From Spirochaetia bacterium (GTDB lineage Bacteria > Spirochaetota > Spirochaetia > SZUA-6 > Bin103): a stretch of 64,000 nucleotides of DNA. The stretch spans positions 256,001 to 320,000 of the forward strand of contig CBDBOV010000003.1 of NCBI GenBank assembly GCA_965208575.1, read 5' to 3'. A model generated the notes under the pieces. It was not told the DNA's origin. It worked only from the letters and a program-made list of their open reading frames with translations, and did not search any database. A program made the translations under genes and the position numbers. Numbering within the stretch: position 1 is the first letter of the stretch; each line of letters starts with the position of its first letter. Below, piece after piece: positions 21,085 through 31,665 of the stretch.

Positions 21085-21195
21085 TTCTTCTGTAGCACTA
21101 ACAGGTTCTTCTGTAGCACTAACAGGTTCTTCTGTAGCACTAACAGGTTCTTCTGTAGCACTGACCGGTTCTTCTGCAGTATTTGCAGGTTCTTC
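21085..21195 (-). repeat. 21-bp coding tandem repeat (EEPVSAT), about 5 copies
   Basis: TTCTTCTGTAGCACTAACAGG x3 exact plus 2 degenerate. Confidence 0.95.
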
Positions 21196-21382
21196 CGCGC
21201 CACAGCCGGAAAGAGTGAATATCATTACGAAGACAGCGAACAAAGGCAAGCATTTCCTATCCATCTGCGTCCACCTCCTGTTGCTTACCGCCCAAATTGT
21301 ACGCTGGCGCTCTATCCCGTTGCCCTGAGCAGAGGAACTGGGAAGCGCGCTTGCAAGCGACAGCCTCCCAGCTCCCTTTTCC

Positions 21383-23200
21383 CTAACGACCCATGGCGTT
21401 CTTCAGCTCACTATCGATCCAGATCCGGGCTTGGACGGTATTACGTTCACCCCATCCCATTCCTGCTTCACCGAAGAAACCCTCGACCCACGGCTGGCTC
21501 ACGGAAAACCGAGGGGACTTGGATTTGACCAGGCCCCAGTGCTCCCTCACCGTGATCTCATCGGCCTGTCTCAAAAGACTCTTATACTCCTCCAAGTCGG
21601 TAGTTTCTTGGGAGGCAAGATACAGGGCGTCCATACGCGGGTCCTTCGCTTTGTCGTAGCTCCAGCCAAAGTTTTGGCTAATCCCCTTCATGGGGTTCCA
21701 AAAGGTGACGCTGCTGCCGCCATTGTATCCCCCTTGCACTAGCGCCCACTCGTGCGTGTCCGCGCTATTGTCAGCGTTATGCTCAGCGATAGTCTGCGGA
21801 ACAAGCTCGCCTTCAACGCCAATGGCGTCGAAGTACCCCATGATGAGTTCTGCATAGTCTGTGGTGTACCTCTCAAAGGCCCTTACCTTGAGCTTGAATC
21901 TATAGCCGTCGGCGCCGCGCGGATACCCGGCCTCATCAAGGAGCTCCTCGGCCCTTTCGGGGTTATAGGTATATTCTTGCTTGACCTCCTCGGGCCACTC
22001 TTCATATGGCCAGGCCCACCCTTCTTCAAGATCTTGTCTCATTAACCCGGCAGGAGCTGGATCTCCATAACCCTTAAAGAAGCTGGCGGAATTCGCCTCG
22101 CGGTCCACTGACATCTGCAGTGCCTTGCGCACAATGGGGTTGTCAGTGGGCGGCAACGCCCAGTTAAAAACGAAAGCGCCGGCCGGTGGCCCAAGAAAGG
22201 GCCACACCTCGATTTCAGGGTTGGTCCGCTCGAGGGTCTCCAGATCGTCGACATTGTATATCCAAGAGTCGCCGAAGTTACCCATCACATCAATTTTGCC
22301 CGTGCGGAATGCCGCCAGACGTGCTGACATCTCTGTCATCATCAGGGACCTTAACTCGTCAATATAGGGTAGCCGGTTCTCCGGGAATTTTTCGTCGTAG
22401 CCCCAGTAGTTAGGATTCTTCTCCCAGGTTACAGAGCTGCCGTCCACGTACTCAGTCAGTCTCCAGGGCCCGGTGCCGACCAGGTTCCTCCAGTCTTTGG
22501 CGTCTCCGTATTTCTCGATTACCTCGGGAGCGTACGCAACCCAGTAGGGGTTGAGCAGTTTCCCCGGCACATCGAGGGTAGGCTCCGTCAGCTTCATAAC
22601 TACCGTCCATTTGTCGGTGGCCGTTACCGATTCGAGACCTACACCCCAGGTGGTAGCAAATGTATGGGCGCTAGGTCCGGCTTCGGTGAAGTCGCCCAGA
22701 CCGAAATAGCGGTGATAGTTGTATTCGACGTCATAGGCATCGAACTCCCGACCGTTCACCGGCTCCTTATCGTCCCAGTAAACGCCCTTGCGGATGTTCC
22801 AGATGAACGTTGTGTCGTCGGGCATCGACCAGCTTTCAGCCAGAGCCCCTGTAGTCATCTCTGGGGTCACAGTGACGTAGTCTCTACCGTTCCATATGTC
22901 CCTGGATAGTGCCCAGTTGGCGAAGGCCAGCCTCTCATTAACACCACCGACAAAGTGATGCGCCCAGCCACTGACCCACCAATGGTCAGCATTCTCAGGA
23001 TACGCCGTAGCGGCCCACGTGAGTGTGCCGCCGTACTCCGGCGCGGTCCACGTCATGCCGGTGGCGGGGTCGAACACCGTCTCTTTGTCGGCAGCGGCTG
23101 CCGGCTCCCCTTCGCTGGCCGCGCCGGCCCAGAGGCCGGTTGCGGGCAGAACGAGGACCAACGCAACCGCGAAGATCCTCGTCGTTTGTACAATAAGCAT
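21383..23200 (-). CDS. ABC SBP family 5 (U5)
   Basis: Same motifs; GGAG RBS. Confidence 0.92.
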   Translation of the reverse strand: MLIVQTTRIFAVALVLVLPATGLWAGAASEGEPAAAADKETVFDPATGMTWTAPEYGGTLTWAATAYPENADHWWVSGWAHHFVGGVNERLAFANWALSRDIWNGRDYVTVTPEMTTGALAESWSMPDDTTFIWNIRKGVYWDDKEPVNGREFDAYDVEYNYHRYFGLGDFTEAGPSAHTFATTWGVGLESVTATDKWTVVMKLTEPTLDVPGKLLNPYWVAYAPEVIEKYGDAKDWRNLVGTGPWRLTEYVDGSSVTWEKNPNYWGYDEKFPENRLPYIDELRSLMMTEMSARLAAFRTGKIDVMGNFGDSWIYNVDDLETLERTNPEIEVWPFLGPPAGAFVFNWALPPTDNPIVRKALQMSVDREANSASFFKGYGDPAPAGLMRQDLEEGWAWPYEEWPEEVKQEYTYNPERAEELLDEAGYPRGADGYRFKLKVRAFERYTTDYAELIMGYFDAIGVEGELVPQTIAEHNADNSADTHEWALVQGGYNGGSSVTFWNPMKGISQNFGWSYDKAKDPRMDALYLASQETTDLEEYKSLLRQADEITVREHWGLVKSKSPRFSVSQPWVEGFFGEAGMGWGERNTVQARIWIDSELKNAMGR

Positions 23201-24187
23201 ACGTAACTCCGTATCTTGATTTTTGAGAGTATTGCGGAGCGGATTGCCCTCCCTGGCTACTCTCGGGCCCGCAACGCGGACGGCCAGTCCGAGTCAAGCT
23301 CCTGAGGCGCGCGGCGTGTGACTCACCGGGTTCGCCCGGGCTCACGCCGCGCGCGCGTGCGGTTCTTTGAGTATCATTTGCACCTCCTGGTGCGCCGGCA
23401 AAAACCGGCAAGGTTGTTGTAGCGACCCGCGGCGGCGCCGAGTCATGCATCGTCGCTCGCAAGGGTGGGGAGCTGCCGCAGGCGGCGCGGCTATGGTGAA
23501 CCCTACACGGGCACGCAGGCGGAAACGCCGGACACAGCCAAGGGAGCACCTACGGTCACGCCGGCCGGTAGCGCCCGGGCCGCGGAGCGGGTGGAGGGAA
23601 GGGGCCTGGCCAAAGGGAATCCGCGCCAGCAAAACGCGTCCCGGACACCGTGCCGGATGGGCGTGCGCAGTGCGCCGGAGCGGATACGTCAAGCAGCGCG
23701 ATCCCTTATAGCGCCATGGCACAGGCGTGCCCCTTCCTTTTGTATGGGTGCCGGCAACGCCCTCTGGTGTGGACTGGTGGAGGTTGCGGCCGACGGGGTC
23801 GGCCGTTGGACTCACGGATGTGCGGCGGGTGTGCGCCACACCGATTGATGGTGCCGCAGCCAGCACCGGCGCCGCGCACTGGGCTGCTGCGCGGTTGGCC
23901 GGGCGGCTCCTAGTAGCGCTCGGCTGTCGCGCGGTTAGCTGAGCGGCTAACGGTAGTCGGGTAGACTGCTGCCGGGGGGGGGGGCGGGTAAACGCGCCGG
24001 CCGCTTTGGGGCTAACGAGTTGCTGCGCGGGTAGGGGTCGTCGGGCATCATGCGCATCGGTCGCGAATCCATGGCCGTCAATGATAGCCGACGTCGCAAG
24101 CGCCGGCCGTCAGGCACATGTGGTAGCATCCGCATCGGTCAGGCTCCCAAGGTTGGTCAGCATAGCCGACGCGGCAACAACCGTCAA
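23201..24187 (-). promoter_or_regulatory. Conserved cassette leader U5
   Basis: TTGACG-N17-TATGCT 24187-24159; uORF1 24057-23947 (36 aa) with C11 at 23974-23984; AGGAGGTG then ATG uORF2 23377-23342 MILKEPHARAA; hairpins to 23225. Confidence 0.75.
23505..23700 (+). other. Possible group II intron remnant inside the U5 leader
   Basis: GGCGGAAACGCCGGACACAGCCAAGG and GCGGAGCGGGTGGAGGGAAGGGG..GGGAAT blocks, then SRTPCR..SAPERIRQAAR; resembles recalled intron and RT-start patterns; absent from other leaders. Confidence 0.5.
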
Positions 24188-24201
24188 GCGTCCGTGTGTG
24201 T

Positions 24202-24790
24202 TCACGCCGCCGCGCGCAGAAACTCCAGGAGCAACCCGACGACTCGTTCCGGCTGCTCCTGCTGCACCCAGTGGCCGGCCCCGGGTACCGGATGGCAGCC
24301 GAGCAGGCGGCGGCAGCCCGCTTGCTGCATCTGCTCGTACGCACCGGGGCTCTGGTAGACCCCCCAGTCGTGGGCACCGGCGATGAAGCAGGCGGGGACG
24401 TCGATGGTCCGTCCCGCGAACACCTGCAACTCCGCGGCCCCGACCGCGCCGGTGCCGCAGCGATACCACTGCAGTCCGCCCTGGAAGCCGGTCGCCGCGT
24501 AGGCCGCGGCGTAGACCGCCAGCTCGGCGTCCGGCAGCCAGCCGCACGCGCGCACCGCGGCCGCTGAGGGCGCATGCGGGGCGCCCGCCTCGGGCATCGA
24601 GTGGTGCAGGTTCATCACGTAGTAGGTGGGCAGCTTGGCCAGCTCAGCGGCGGACCACCCCGCCAGGCGGTACGGCCGGTTGCCGCTCCAGTCGGCGCTC
24701 TTGTAGTGGTAGTAGGCGCGCAGGAACGGCTGCAGCCCCTGCCGGCAGTGCAGCATTTCGGCGTTGGCCTGCCGGGTCGAGTAGTAGCCA
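24202..24790 (-). pseudogene. Epoxide hydrolase-like alpha/beta hydrolase, C-terminal half
   Basis: GFQGGLQWYR, GAGHWVQQEQP; N-terminus absent. Confidence 0.75.
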
Positions 24791-24799
24791 CCCGCCACA

Positions 24800-25210
24800 G
24801 TCCGGCCAGGTCGTGGTGCGCGAACGCCCCGCAGTTCGGCAGCCGGAATCCGAACGTGGACCTGATTCCCAGTTCGATCTCCTCCGCCGTGGCCACCCCC
24901 ATCGCCCACAGACGCAGCGCTTCCCGCCCCATGGCGCCCTGGATCCGGTTCAGCAGGTAACCGGAGATTTCCTTGAGGACCCGAATCGGCACCTTGCCGG
25001 CGCGCTGCATGAGCTGACAGGTGACGTCGAACGTCTCCTGGCTCGTGCCGGGCCCCTTGGCAACCTCCACGCCGGGGACGATATGGGGCGGTGCGAAGTA
25101 GTGGGTGAGGGCGACCTTGTCCCGGCGCTCGACACCTTCCGCGATGTCGCTGAGCACGAATCCGGAGGTGTTGCTGACCACGATGGTGTGCGGCGGACAC
25201 AGGCGGGTTC
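24800..25210 (-). pseudogene. 3-hydroxyacyl-CoA dehydrogenase fragment
   Basis: SNTSG, HYFAPPH, GYLLNRIQ. Confidence 0.75.
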
Positions 25211-25394
25211 GGGGGTCAGGGTCCGTCAGCGTCCGTGACCGGCTGCACCCCATCCGGCTGGAGACCTCGTGAGATCGCGAAGATTCCTTTCCACCATGGT
25301 TCGGCGGTGTGGTGACGGGATGCGGAGGAGGAGCCGTTCGGCGTGCCGGATGCTGAAGCCGACTGACAGGTCCAATTCCGGCAGGGCAGCGAAC

Positions 25395-25699
25395 ATCCAA
25401 GTGCCTCCAAGGTGACCGCTCCGAGCAGGATGCTGTCACCCTCCTCACCGAACACGACCGGTGAGGCGCCGTCCCCGCCCTGATAGAAGAAGAGCGCGTT
25501 GCCCCGTCTTCGGGTGATGATCTGGCCATTGGGAATCGTGAACCGTTGCTCGGAGGTGGGCTCGATGCCCAACTCTACCAACAGGGTCGCCGGCACCACC
25601 GAGCAGGTCGCGCCCGAATCGATCAAGAACTCGACCTCCTTCCTTCGCTCGGGGACACCCGCGTGGGCGACCTCGAGGGGTCAGGTGCACCAGTGCCAT
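25395..25699 (-). pseudogene. Clan AA aspartyl protease, frameshifted
   Basis: FLIDSGA and ILLGAVTLEALG; N-terminus in another frame. Confidence 0.75.
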
Positions 25700-25780
25700 G
25701 CCCTATCTATCCTTCAGTGAGTGTATAGGCCGTAGCAGGAGAATCAAGGAGCCCGGCGGCTTTCAATCGGCTTGGACGCG

Positions 25781-25844
25781 TTAGACGGCCCTGGCGGCAT
25801 CGGCACCCGGCCGCCCCCCACCGCCCCGCAGCCGCGGGTCGAGC
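25781..25844 (-). pseudogene. Isolated oppC 3' tail
   Basis: LDPRLRGGGGRPGADAARAV*, close to the U5 tail. Confidence 0.8.
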
Positions 25845-26148
25845 GCACCGCATCGAAGTATCCATACGCAAAGGCCGACCGCGCCCGCTACCCCTCCGCG
25901 TCGAGCAACCGATCCAGCTGTTCGCTCAGGGATCCGGGCTCAGGCTCGCATCTTGGCGAGCCTGGCCGAAGACGTCTCCCACAGTTCGCTCGCTCGTGCC
26001 TTGCGCCTTCGCGCGGTCGACCTAGCGTCCTGGCACGGTATATTCGCATACGCCTTTCCCGAAGTATACTGTCGAGAATACGGTAGCTGGTCGAGCTGGT
26101 CGAGATCTACTCCCGGGACGTGTTGGGGACTCTCGCCAATAGTGACAC

Positions 26149-26463
26149 ATGACTGTGAATGCCACGATTGACACCATGGTCGAGCGGATTGTGCAGCGAT
26201 TCCAACCGTTGCGCATCATTCTGTTCGGTTCGCATGCCCGGGGATCAGCCGCCACCGACAGCGACGTCGATCTGCTGGTTGTGCTTCGCGAGGCGACCGA
26301 CAAGCGCAGCACTACCGTAGAGATCCGCCGCGCCCTTGGCGATCTGCCTGTGAGCAAGGACATCGTCGTGACCACGCCCGAAGAAATCGCCCGTCGGGGC
26401 GATCTCGTGGGCAGCGTGCTGAGGCCTGCGCTGCGTGAGGGCACGGTCTTGTATGAGCGATAG
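26149..26463 (+). CDS. MNT nucleotidyltransferase
   Basis: ILFGSHARG..DSDVDLLVV. Confidence 0.9.
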   Translation: MTVNATIDTMVERIVQRFQPLRIILFGSHARGSAATDSDVDLLVVLREATDKRSTTVEIRRALGDLPVSKDIVVTTPEEIARRGDLVGSVLRPALREGTVLYER

Positions 26464-26866
26464 TGAGCTGCTCAACGATGTTCGCCGATGGTTGCGCTTC
26501 GCTCGCGAGGACCTCGAGGTTGCCGAGGCGCTATCGTCCGAGGCCAGGTTTCCTCCCCGACACGTCTGCTGGTTGGCTCAGCAAGCGGCTGAGAAGGCTC
26601 TCAAAGGAGCGCTCAGCTCACAACAGATACCGTTTCCGTTCAGGCACGACCTGGACGCGCTCCGGAACCTCCTGCCAGAGAACTGGCAGGTAAGGATTCG
26701 GTGCCCTGATCTCGCCGAGCTGACCGAATGGGCGGTAGAGGCCCGCTACCCCGGCGATCATCCCGAAGCGACTTTGGATGATGCGCGACGCGCGGCCGAG
26801 CAGGGTCGGAGCGTCTACGAAAGCGTCACGAGGGATCTGGCAACCCACGGCATTCAGATCGACTAG
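26453..26866 (+). CDS. HEPN domain protein
   Basis: QQAAEKALK, RHDL, EARYPG. Confidence 0.9.
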   Translation: MSDSELLNDVRRWLRFAREDLEVAEALSSEARFPPRHVCWLAQQAAEKALKGALSSQQIPFPFRHDLDALRNLLPENWQVRIRCPDLAELTEWAVEARYPGDHPEATLDDARRAAEQGRSVYESVTRDLATHGIQID

Positions 26867-27299
26867 TACGCGTCCACTGGGCAGGGGGAGGCAAGTGGAG
26901 GCTCTTACCGAGTGTAATCGAGAAGCACTGCGCGCACTGCGCGAGACGAGCTGCGTCGTCTGGTTTCATCCATTTTTCGGGGGCCACGAATTGACAAGCG
27001 CGACCTCACCTCGGCCACGACGTTAGGCCAGGAGAACCCTGAGATTGGCGGTACCACGGCCACCGGTCTAACTTGGTCTAACCTCGTCCAGTTCTGTTCC
27101 CAATATTCTTGGTCCTCTCTAGGAGCCCCTCGACCGCCGGCTCAACAGCCGCCACGAACCCCCGCCGCGCCTTCCAGCTTGCTTGCCCGCATCAGCGGCG
27201 ATCGCGAGCTTATGATGGAGGGGAACCTCGCGAACCCGTGGGATCGCCAGAACCTGGCGCACCCACGCACCGGAGGTTGGTTCCCGCTCAAGCGGAGTC

Positions 27300-27410
27300 G
27301 TCCCTTACGTACGACTTCGAGGTGTTGCTGGTCAACGCCAAGCGCATCAAGACGGTGCCGGGGCGCAAGACCGACGTGAAGGACTGCCAGTCGATCGCTC
27401 AGCTATTTCC
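27300..27410 (+). pseudogene. IS110 transposase fragment
   Basis: VLLVNA..IKTVPGRKTDVKDC. Confidence 0.7.
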
Positions 27411-27790
27411 ACGCCATCGTGTTGGAAGGCGGTTTCGATGATCAGGGTACCTTCGTCTACATACCGCTTGGCCACCTGCAGGCCATGACCGAGCTGCTGC
27501 GTCGCCGTGTAGTCGCGTTGCTGGTGGATCAGAAGCTACTCGACCGCCGCTTCGCGCGTAACATGCTCTCCTGGCGGCACTCCGGCTTCAGCGTTGACAA
27601 TTCAGTTCGCATCCTCGATCGAGGTGTGCAGCGATCTCTGGCGGAATACATCTCGCGCCCCGCGATCTCCGCGCAAGGACGCTCCCGACGCGCGTGAACG
27701 TCGCCATGCGTGGGCCCGCCTACTCGCCCGGGTGTACGAAGTCGACGCACTCGTCTGCCCCCGCTGCGATCCGACCACCCTCGACTGAAC
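27411..27790 (+). pseudogene. IS91-like (Y2) transposase fragments
   Basis: WRHSGFSV, LAEYISR, WARLLARVYEVDALVCPRC; internally deleted. Confidence 0.7.
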
Positions 27791-28010
27791 AGGTTACTGG
27801 GCGCTGAGTAGAACTGCCGCTCGGATTGCGGCGGCGGTTCCACCCACGGCAAGGTGCGCACGCCCGCGTCGCCCGCAGTCTTCATCGAGCCTCATTCGCA
27901 GCCCCTATGCGCGGCATTCTCACCGGCACGCGCCTGCGTCAGCTGTCGTTCCTACTGGGAACCCATGCGGCACGCTCCGTTGGTTTCTTTGTTCCTTTGA
28001 TTGCGCTTCT

Positions 28011-28904
28011 CTAAACCGACCCGGCGGCTCCGGCACCGAAACCACCACCGCCACCCCTCAGCCGCGGGTCGAGCAGGTCGCGCACCGCGTCGCCGAGCAT
28101 GTTCAGGCTGTACACGGTAACCGTCAGAGCCAGGCCGGGCCAAAAGGCGAGGTGCGGCGCCGCCTCCATGTACTGGCGCCCCTCCCTGCTGAGCAGACCA
28201 CCCCAGCTGGGAATCTCGATCGGCAGACCGAATCCAAGGAAGCTCAACGCAGCCTCCGAGATAATCACCCCGCCGACGTTGATACTGAAGACAACGATTA
28301 TCGGAGCCGCGATATTGGGAAGCACATGGCGCAGCAGTATCCCCCATTTCGAGGCGCCAATCGCCAGCGCGGACTGAAAGTAGTCGTTCCCCTTTATGCC
28401 GATAACGGCGCTCCTGAGCACTCGCGAGCCGACGATGCCGCCCGAGATGCCCAGGACCAGGATGAGCTGCAACAGCCCCTTGCCCACGATGGATATGATG
28501 GTCAACAACAGCAGCAGTCCCGGGAAAGACATCCAGGCATCGACGAACCGCTGCACCACCAGGTCCAGTCTGCCACCGAGGAATCCTGAGGTGCCGCCGA
28601 GTAGAACAGCGACCAGAACGTTGAGCGCGGTGGCGGCCAGACCCACCGTCAGGGAGATACGGGCGCCGTGGATGATGCGGCTCAGGAGGTCGCGCCCGAG
28701 GTGGTCGGTACCCAGCAGATACTGGGCTGATGAGCCCTGCAATCGGTCGGGAAGGTGCCTCTCACCAATTGGATAGGGAGCGATGACGTCGGCGAAAACA
28801 GCCACCAGAATCAGTATCAATACGACCACGCCGCTCGCCGTGCCGAGCGGCTTCTCCTTGACCAGCCGGGTCAAGAAACGCGTGCGCCCGCTGCCCTGAC
28901 TCAC
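28011..28904 (-). CDS. OppC-type permease (U6)
   Basis: GTG 28904 overlaps oppB stop; near-identical to U7/U8 oppC. Confidence 0.9.
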   Translation of the reverse strand: MSQGSGRTRFLTRLVKEKPLGTASGVVVLILILVAVFADVIAPYPIGERHLPDRLQGSSAQYLLGTDHLGRDLLSRIIHGARISLTVGLAATALNVLVAVLLGGTSGFLGGRLDLVVQRFVDAWMSFPGLLLLLTIISIVGKGLLQLILVLGISGGIVGSRVLRSAVIGIKGNDYFQSALAIGASKWGILLRHVLPNIAAPIIVVFSINVGGVIISEAALSFLGFGLPIEIPSWGGLLSREGRQYMEAAPHLAFWPGLALTVTVYSLNMLGDAVRDLLDPRLRGGGGGFGAGAAGSV

Positions 28905-29116
28905 TGCTGATAGCGGACCCTGGGATCCAGGAACGCATAGACCAGGTCGATCATCAGATTGATCCCCATCACCGCGGTGGCGAACACCAGATTGATGCCG
29001 GCGACCACTGGGTAGTCTCTGTCGTTGAGAGCCCCGAGCATCAGACGACCCAACCCGGGCAGGTTGAATATGTTCTCGATGATGACGGCACCACCCACCA
29101 GGATGGGCAACTGCAG
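28901..29116 (-). pseudogene. OppB 3' remnant (U6)
   Basis: Only LQLPILVGG...LDPRVRY remains. Confidence 0.85.
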
Positions 29117-29332
29117 ACATTCCTTTATGTTCAGGCTCCTGTGCTCGCTCGACCCCCTGGATGCCCCCACCTTGCAGTCCTGTGCCTGACAAAGCGGCAG
29201 GGCCTTATACACCACGCAGCTATCGTGCGGTTACCCAACACGAACTGTGGCATCACTACGTACCCGAACCGGGCAATTGGTACGGCCGGTCCTTCCCCGG
29301 CTGGAATGCAGTCTGTCGGCTGCTCAAAACCC

Positions 29333-31132
29333 CTAATGCCCCATTTCTGCCTTTAGCTCACTGTCAATCCAGAGGCGCGAGAAGATGGGTAGAGTGTTTA
29401 AGAATGAAAGCCAGACTTCACCGTTATAACCGATGACCCACGGCTGGTGCGCCTGGTACGTTCCAGGCATGGGACCCCATATATACCAGTGGTTCTCCAC
29501 GGTGTACATATCCACTTCTTTGACCAGCCTCTGCCGTTCCTCTTCGGAAGTAGCGGTTCGGGCGGCGTCGAGAAGGGCATCCAACTCAGGGTACCTGGTT
29601 CCGTGTGTATTTCCAAAGCTGCTCGAGTGTACCCATTCGCGTGTAATATCCAACGGAGCGGTATGGTTGCCCAGAGGCATAGTAAACAGACCTTCCCAAG
29701 TACGATCCCTTTGAGCAGCGATACGACTCGCTTCATCCAATACGTCAATCTCTACATCAACGCCAATCTCCTCCCAGTAGGTGGCAGCCAGTTCACTATA
29801 GCCTAAATGAAACTTCTCTGAATGGTTCAACGTGGTCTTGAATCGAGTGCCGTCGGCGCCGCGCGGATATCCGGCTTCATCAAGCAGAGCTTCGGCTCCT
29901 GCCCGATCGTACCGATAGCCCTTCTTGACCTCTTCGGGCCACTCGTCGAAGGGGGTAGAATACCCGCTGATACCACTCCCTACTATACCCTGAGGCTGCC
30001 AGGCTGAAGTGCCCTTGTAGAAGCTGCGGTCGATGCCCTCGAGGTCCAGTGCCAACTGCATGGCCATGCGCACCCTGATGTCGTCAAAGGGCGGCTTGCT
30101 CGCGTCCATGTTAAAAGACGTTTCCGAACGGTTAAACCACGGCTCCAGCACGATTTCAGGGTTAGTCTTCCGGAGGCTATCAAGCACGTCGACCGACGTG
30201 ATATTAGTAGGGAAACCCACGAAATCAATCTTACCGGCGCGCAGTCCCGCCAAACGTGTTGCTTCCTCTTTGATGAAAAGGCCCTGCAACTTGTCAATGT
30301 AGGGCAGACGATTCCCCGGGTACTTCTCGTCGTCTTTCCAGTAGTCAGGATCCTTGGTATGGGTTATTGAGCTGCCCTCCACCCAGTCAGTCAGCATATA
30401 CGGCCCGGTACCGACCAGGTTTCTCCAATCCTTAACGTCGCCATATTGCTTGACGACCTCGGGGGGGTATATCAAGGCGTGGGACGACCCGCCAGCGAAT
30501 AGTACAAGGATAGCCGTATTTGGCTCGGTCAGCTTAACAACAACCGTATATTTGTCGGGCGCCGTTATCGATTCGGCAGATGGCCGCGCGTACGTAAAGG
30601 GGCTAGGTCCGGCTTCGGCGAAGTCATTCATACCCAACATGCGCTGAAAGCTATGGACGACATCATCAGCGGTAAATTCTCTCCCATTCATCGGTGCTTT
30701 GTTTTGCCACTTAATACCTTTGCGGATGTTGAAGATAATAGTCAGTGGGTCGGGAGTGTCCCAGCTCTCAGCCAGATGCGACGTATAGGCAAATTCAGGT
30801 TGGTAATGGGTTCTGAAGGAAAATACGTCCCTATCTATTGCCCAGTTCAGGAGTCCCAGCGTCTCTACAACGCCACCAGCGGCCAGTGCTGGGAGATGGA
30901 AGAAAAAGGAGTCAGCATTGTCTGGCTCGAGCATCGCGCCATAGGTCAATGTCCCGCCGTACTGGGGCGCGACCACCACCTTGCCGGTGGTGGGGTCGGT
31001 CACATACTTCTTGTCGGCGGCGGCTGCCGAGTCGCCACCGTCGCTCGAGCCAGCGGCCCACAGGCCGGTTGCGGTCAGGATGAGGCCACACAGCACTGCG
31101 AGCCCCGTCTTAAATAGAATTGTCTGTCTCAT
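29333..31132 (-). CDS. ABC SBP family 5 (U6)
   Basis: Close paralogue of U7/U8 SBPs. Confidence 0.92.
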   Translation of the reverse strand: MRQTILFKTGLAVLCGLILTATGLWAAGSSDGGDSAAAADKKYVTDPTTGKVVVAPQYGGTLTYGAMLEPDNADSFFFHLPALAAGGVVETLGLLNWAIDRDVFSFRTHYQPEFAYTSHLAESWDTPDPLTIIFNIRKGIKWQNKAPMNGREFTADDVVHSFQRMLGMNDFAEAGPSPFTYARPSAESITAPDKYTVVVKLTEPNTAILVLFAGGSSHALIYPPEVVKQYGDVKDWRNLVGTGPYMLTDWVEGSSITHTKDPDYWKDDEKYPGNRLPYIDKLQGLFIKEEATRLAGLRAGKIDFVGFPTNITSVDVLDSLRKTNPEIVLEPWFNRSETSFNMDASKPPFDDIRVRMAMQLALDLEGIDRSFYKGTSAWQPQGIVGSGISGYSTPFDEWPEEVKKGYRYDRAGAEALLDEAGYPRGADGTRFKTTLNHSEKFHLGYSELAATYWEEIGVDVEIDVLDEASRIAAQRDRTWEGLFTMPLGNHTAPLDITREWVHSSSFGNTHGTRYPELDALLDAARTATSEEERQRLVKEVDMYTVENHWYIWGPMPGTYQAHQPWVIGYNGEVWLSFLNTLPIFSRLWIDSELKAEMGH

Positions 31133-31665
31133 AGAGATCGACCTCCGACAAATATTGTTTGAGAGCAGTCATTCCACTGCCGGCCCCTCGCCTGCTCCAT
31201 TCGAGCGAGGGCGACACCCCTTAGCGGTGCAGCCGCCCGGTCTTTCGTTAGTCTCTTGTCGCGTGCCTCCTTTGGCGCGCCGCGCCGAAAGGCAGCCATG
31301 CGCGCCGCCGCGCGTGGTGGCGGTGCTGCACGTCACCCATCTGCTTCTTGCTGCCGGCAAAGTCGCTACGCATGTTGATGTGGACTGGTGGAGTCGGCCG
31401 ACGTCGGCCGTTGGAGGCACGGATGCGTGGCGGGTGTGTGCCACGCGGATGGCTGGTGCCGCGCTCAGCACCGGCGCCGAGCGGCTGGCTGTCGCGCGGT
31501 CGGGTAGTCGGGTAGTCGGTAGTCGGGTAGTCGGTAGTCGGTAGTCGGTAGTCGGTAGTCGGTAGTCGGTAGTCGGTAGTCGGTAGTCGGTAGTCGGTGG
31601 CTGGGCTGGATGCTGTCGGTGCCCATTTGCGGACGAGTGTAGAGGCCGGCCCAAATCCGTGTCAA
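31133..31665 (-). promoter_or_regulatory. Divergent cassette leader U6
   Basis: TTGACA-N18-TACACT 31665-31636; uORF 31626-31465 spans the heptamer array; 31380-31500 homologous to 23770-23935; AAGGAGG kept but no clear uORF2. Confidence 0.65.
31502..31597. repeat. Heptamer tandem repeat (GGTAGTC) x13
   Basis: 13 TAGTC cores, a few units 8 bp. Confidence 0.97.

Larger units (their letters stand above)
18581..21264 (-). pseudogene. Internalin-like LRR lipoprotein split by IS110
   Basis: LSGC lipobox; 22-aa LRRs (LASLTNLTxLxLxxNQISDISP); removing 19381-21053 restores VTIPDE-ALERVIR in frame. Confidence 0.85.

Noticed and set aside
24202-25529. Novel dehydrogenase-hydrolase fusion protein
   Set aside because: Out-of-frame join of truncated fragments
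28905-29192. N-terminal extension of U6 oppC in the ORF track
   Set aside because: Alternate frame of the oppB remnant; real start is near 28904
31502-31597. CRISPR array
   Set aside because: Spacer-less 7-mer repeat; no cas genes
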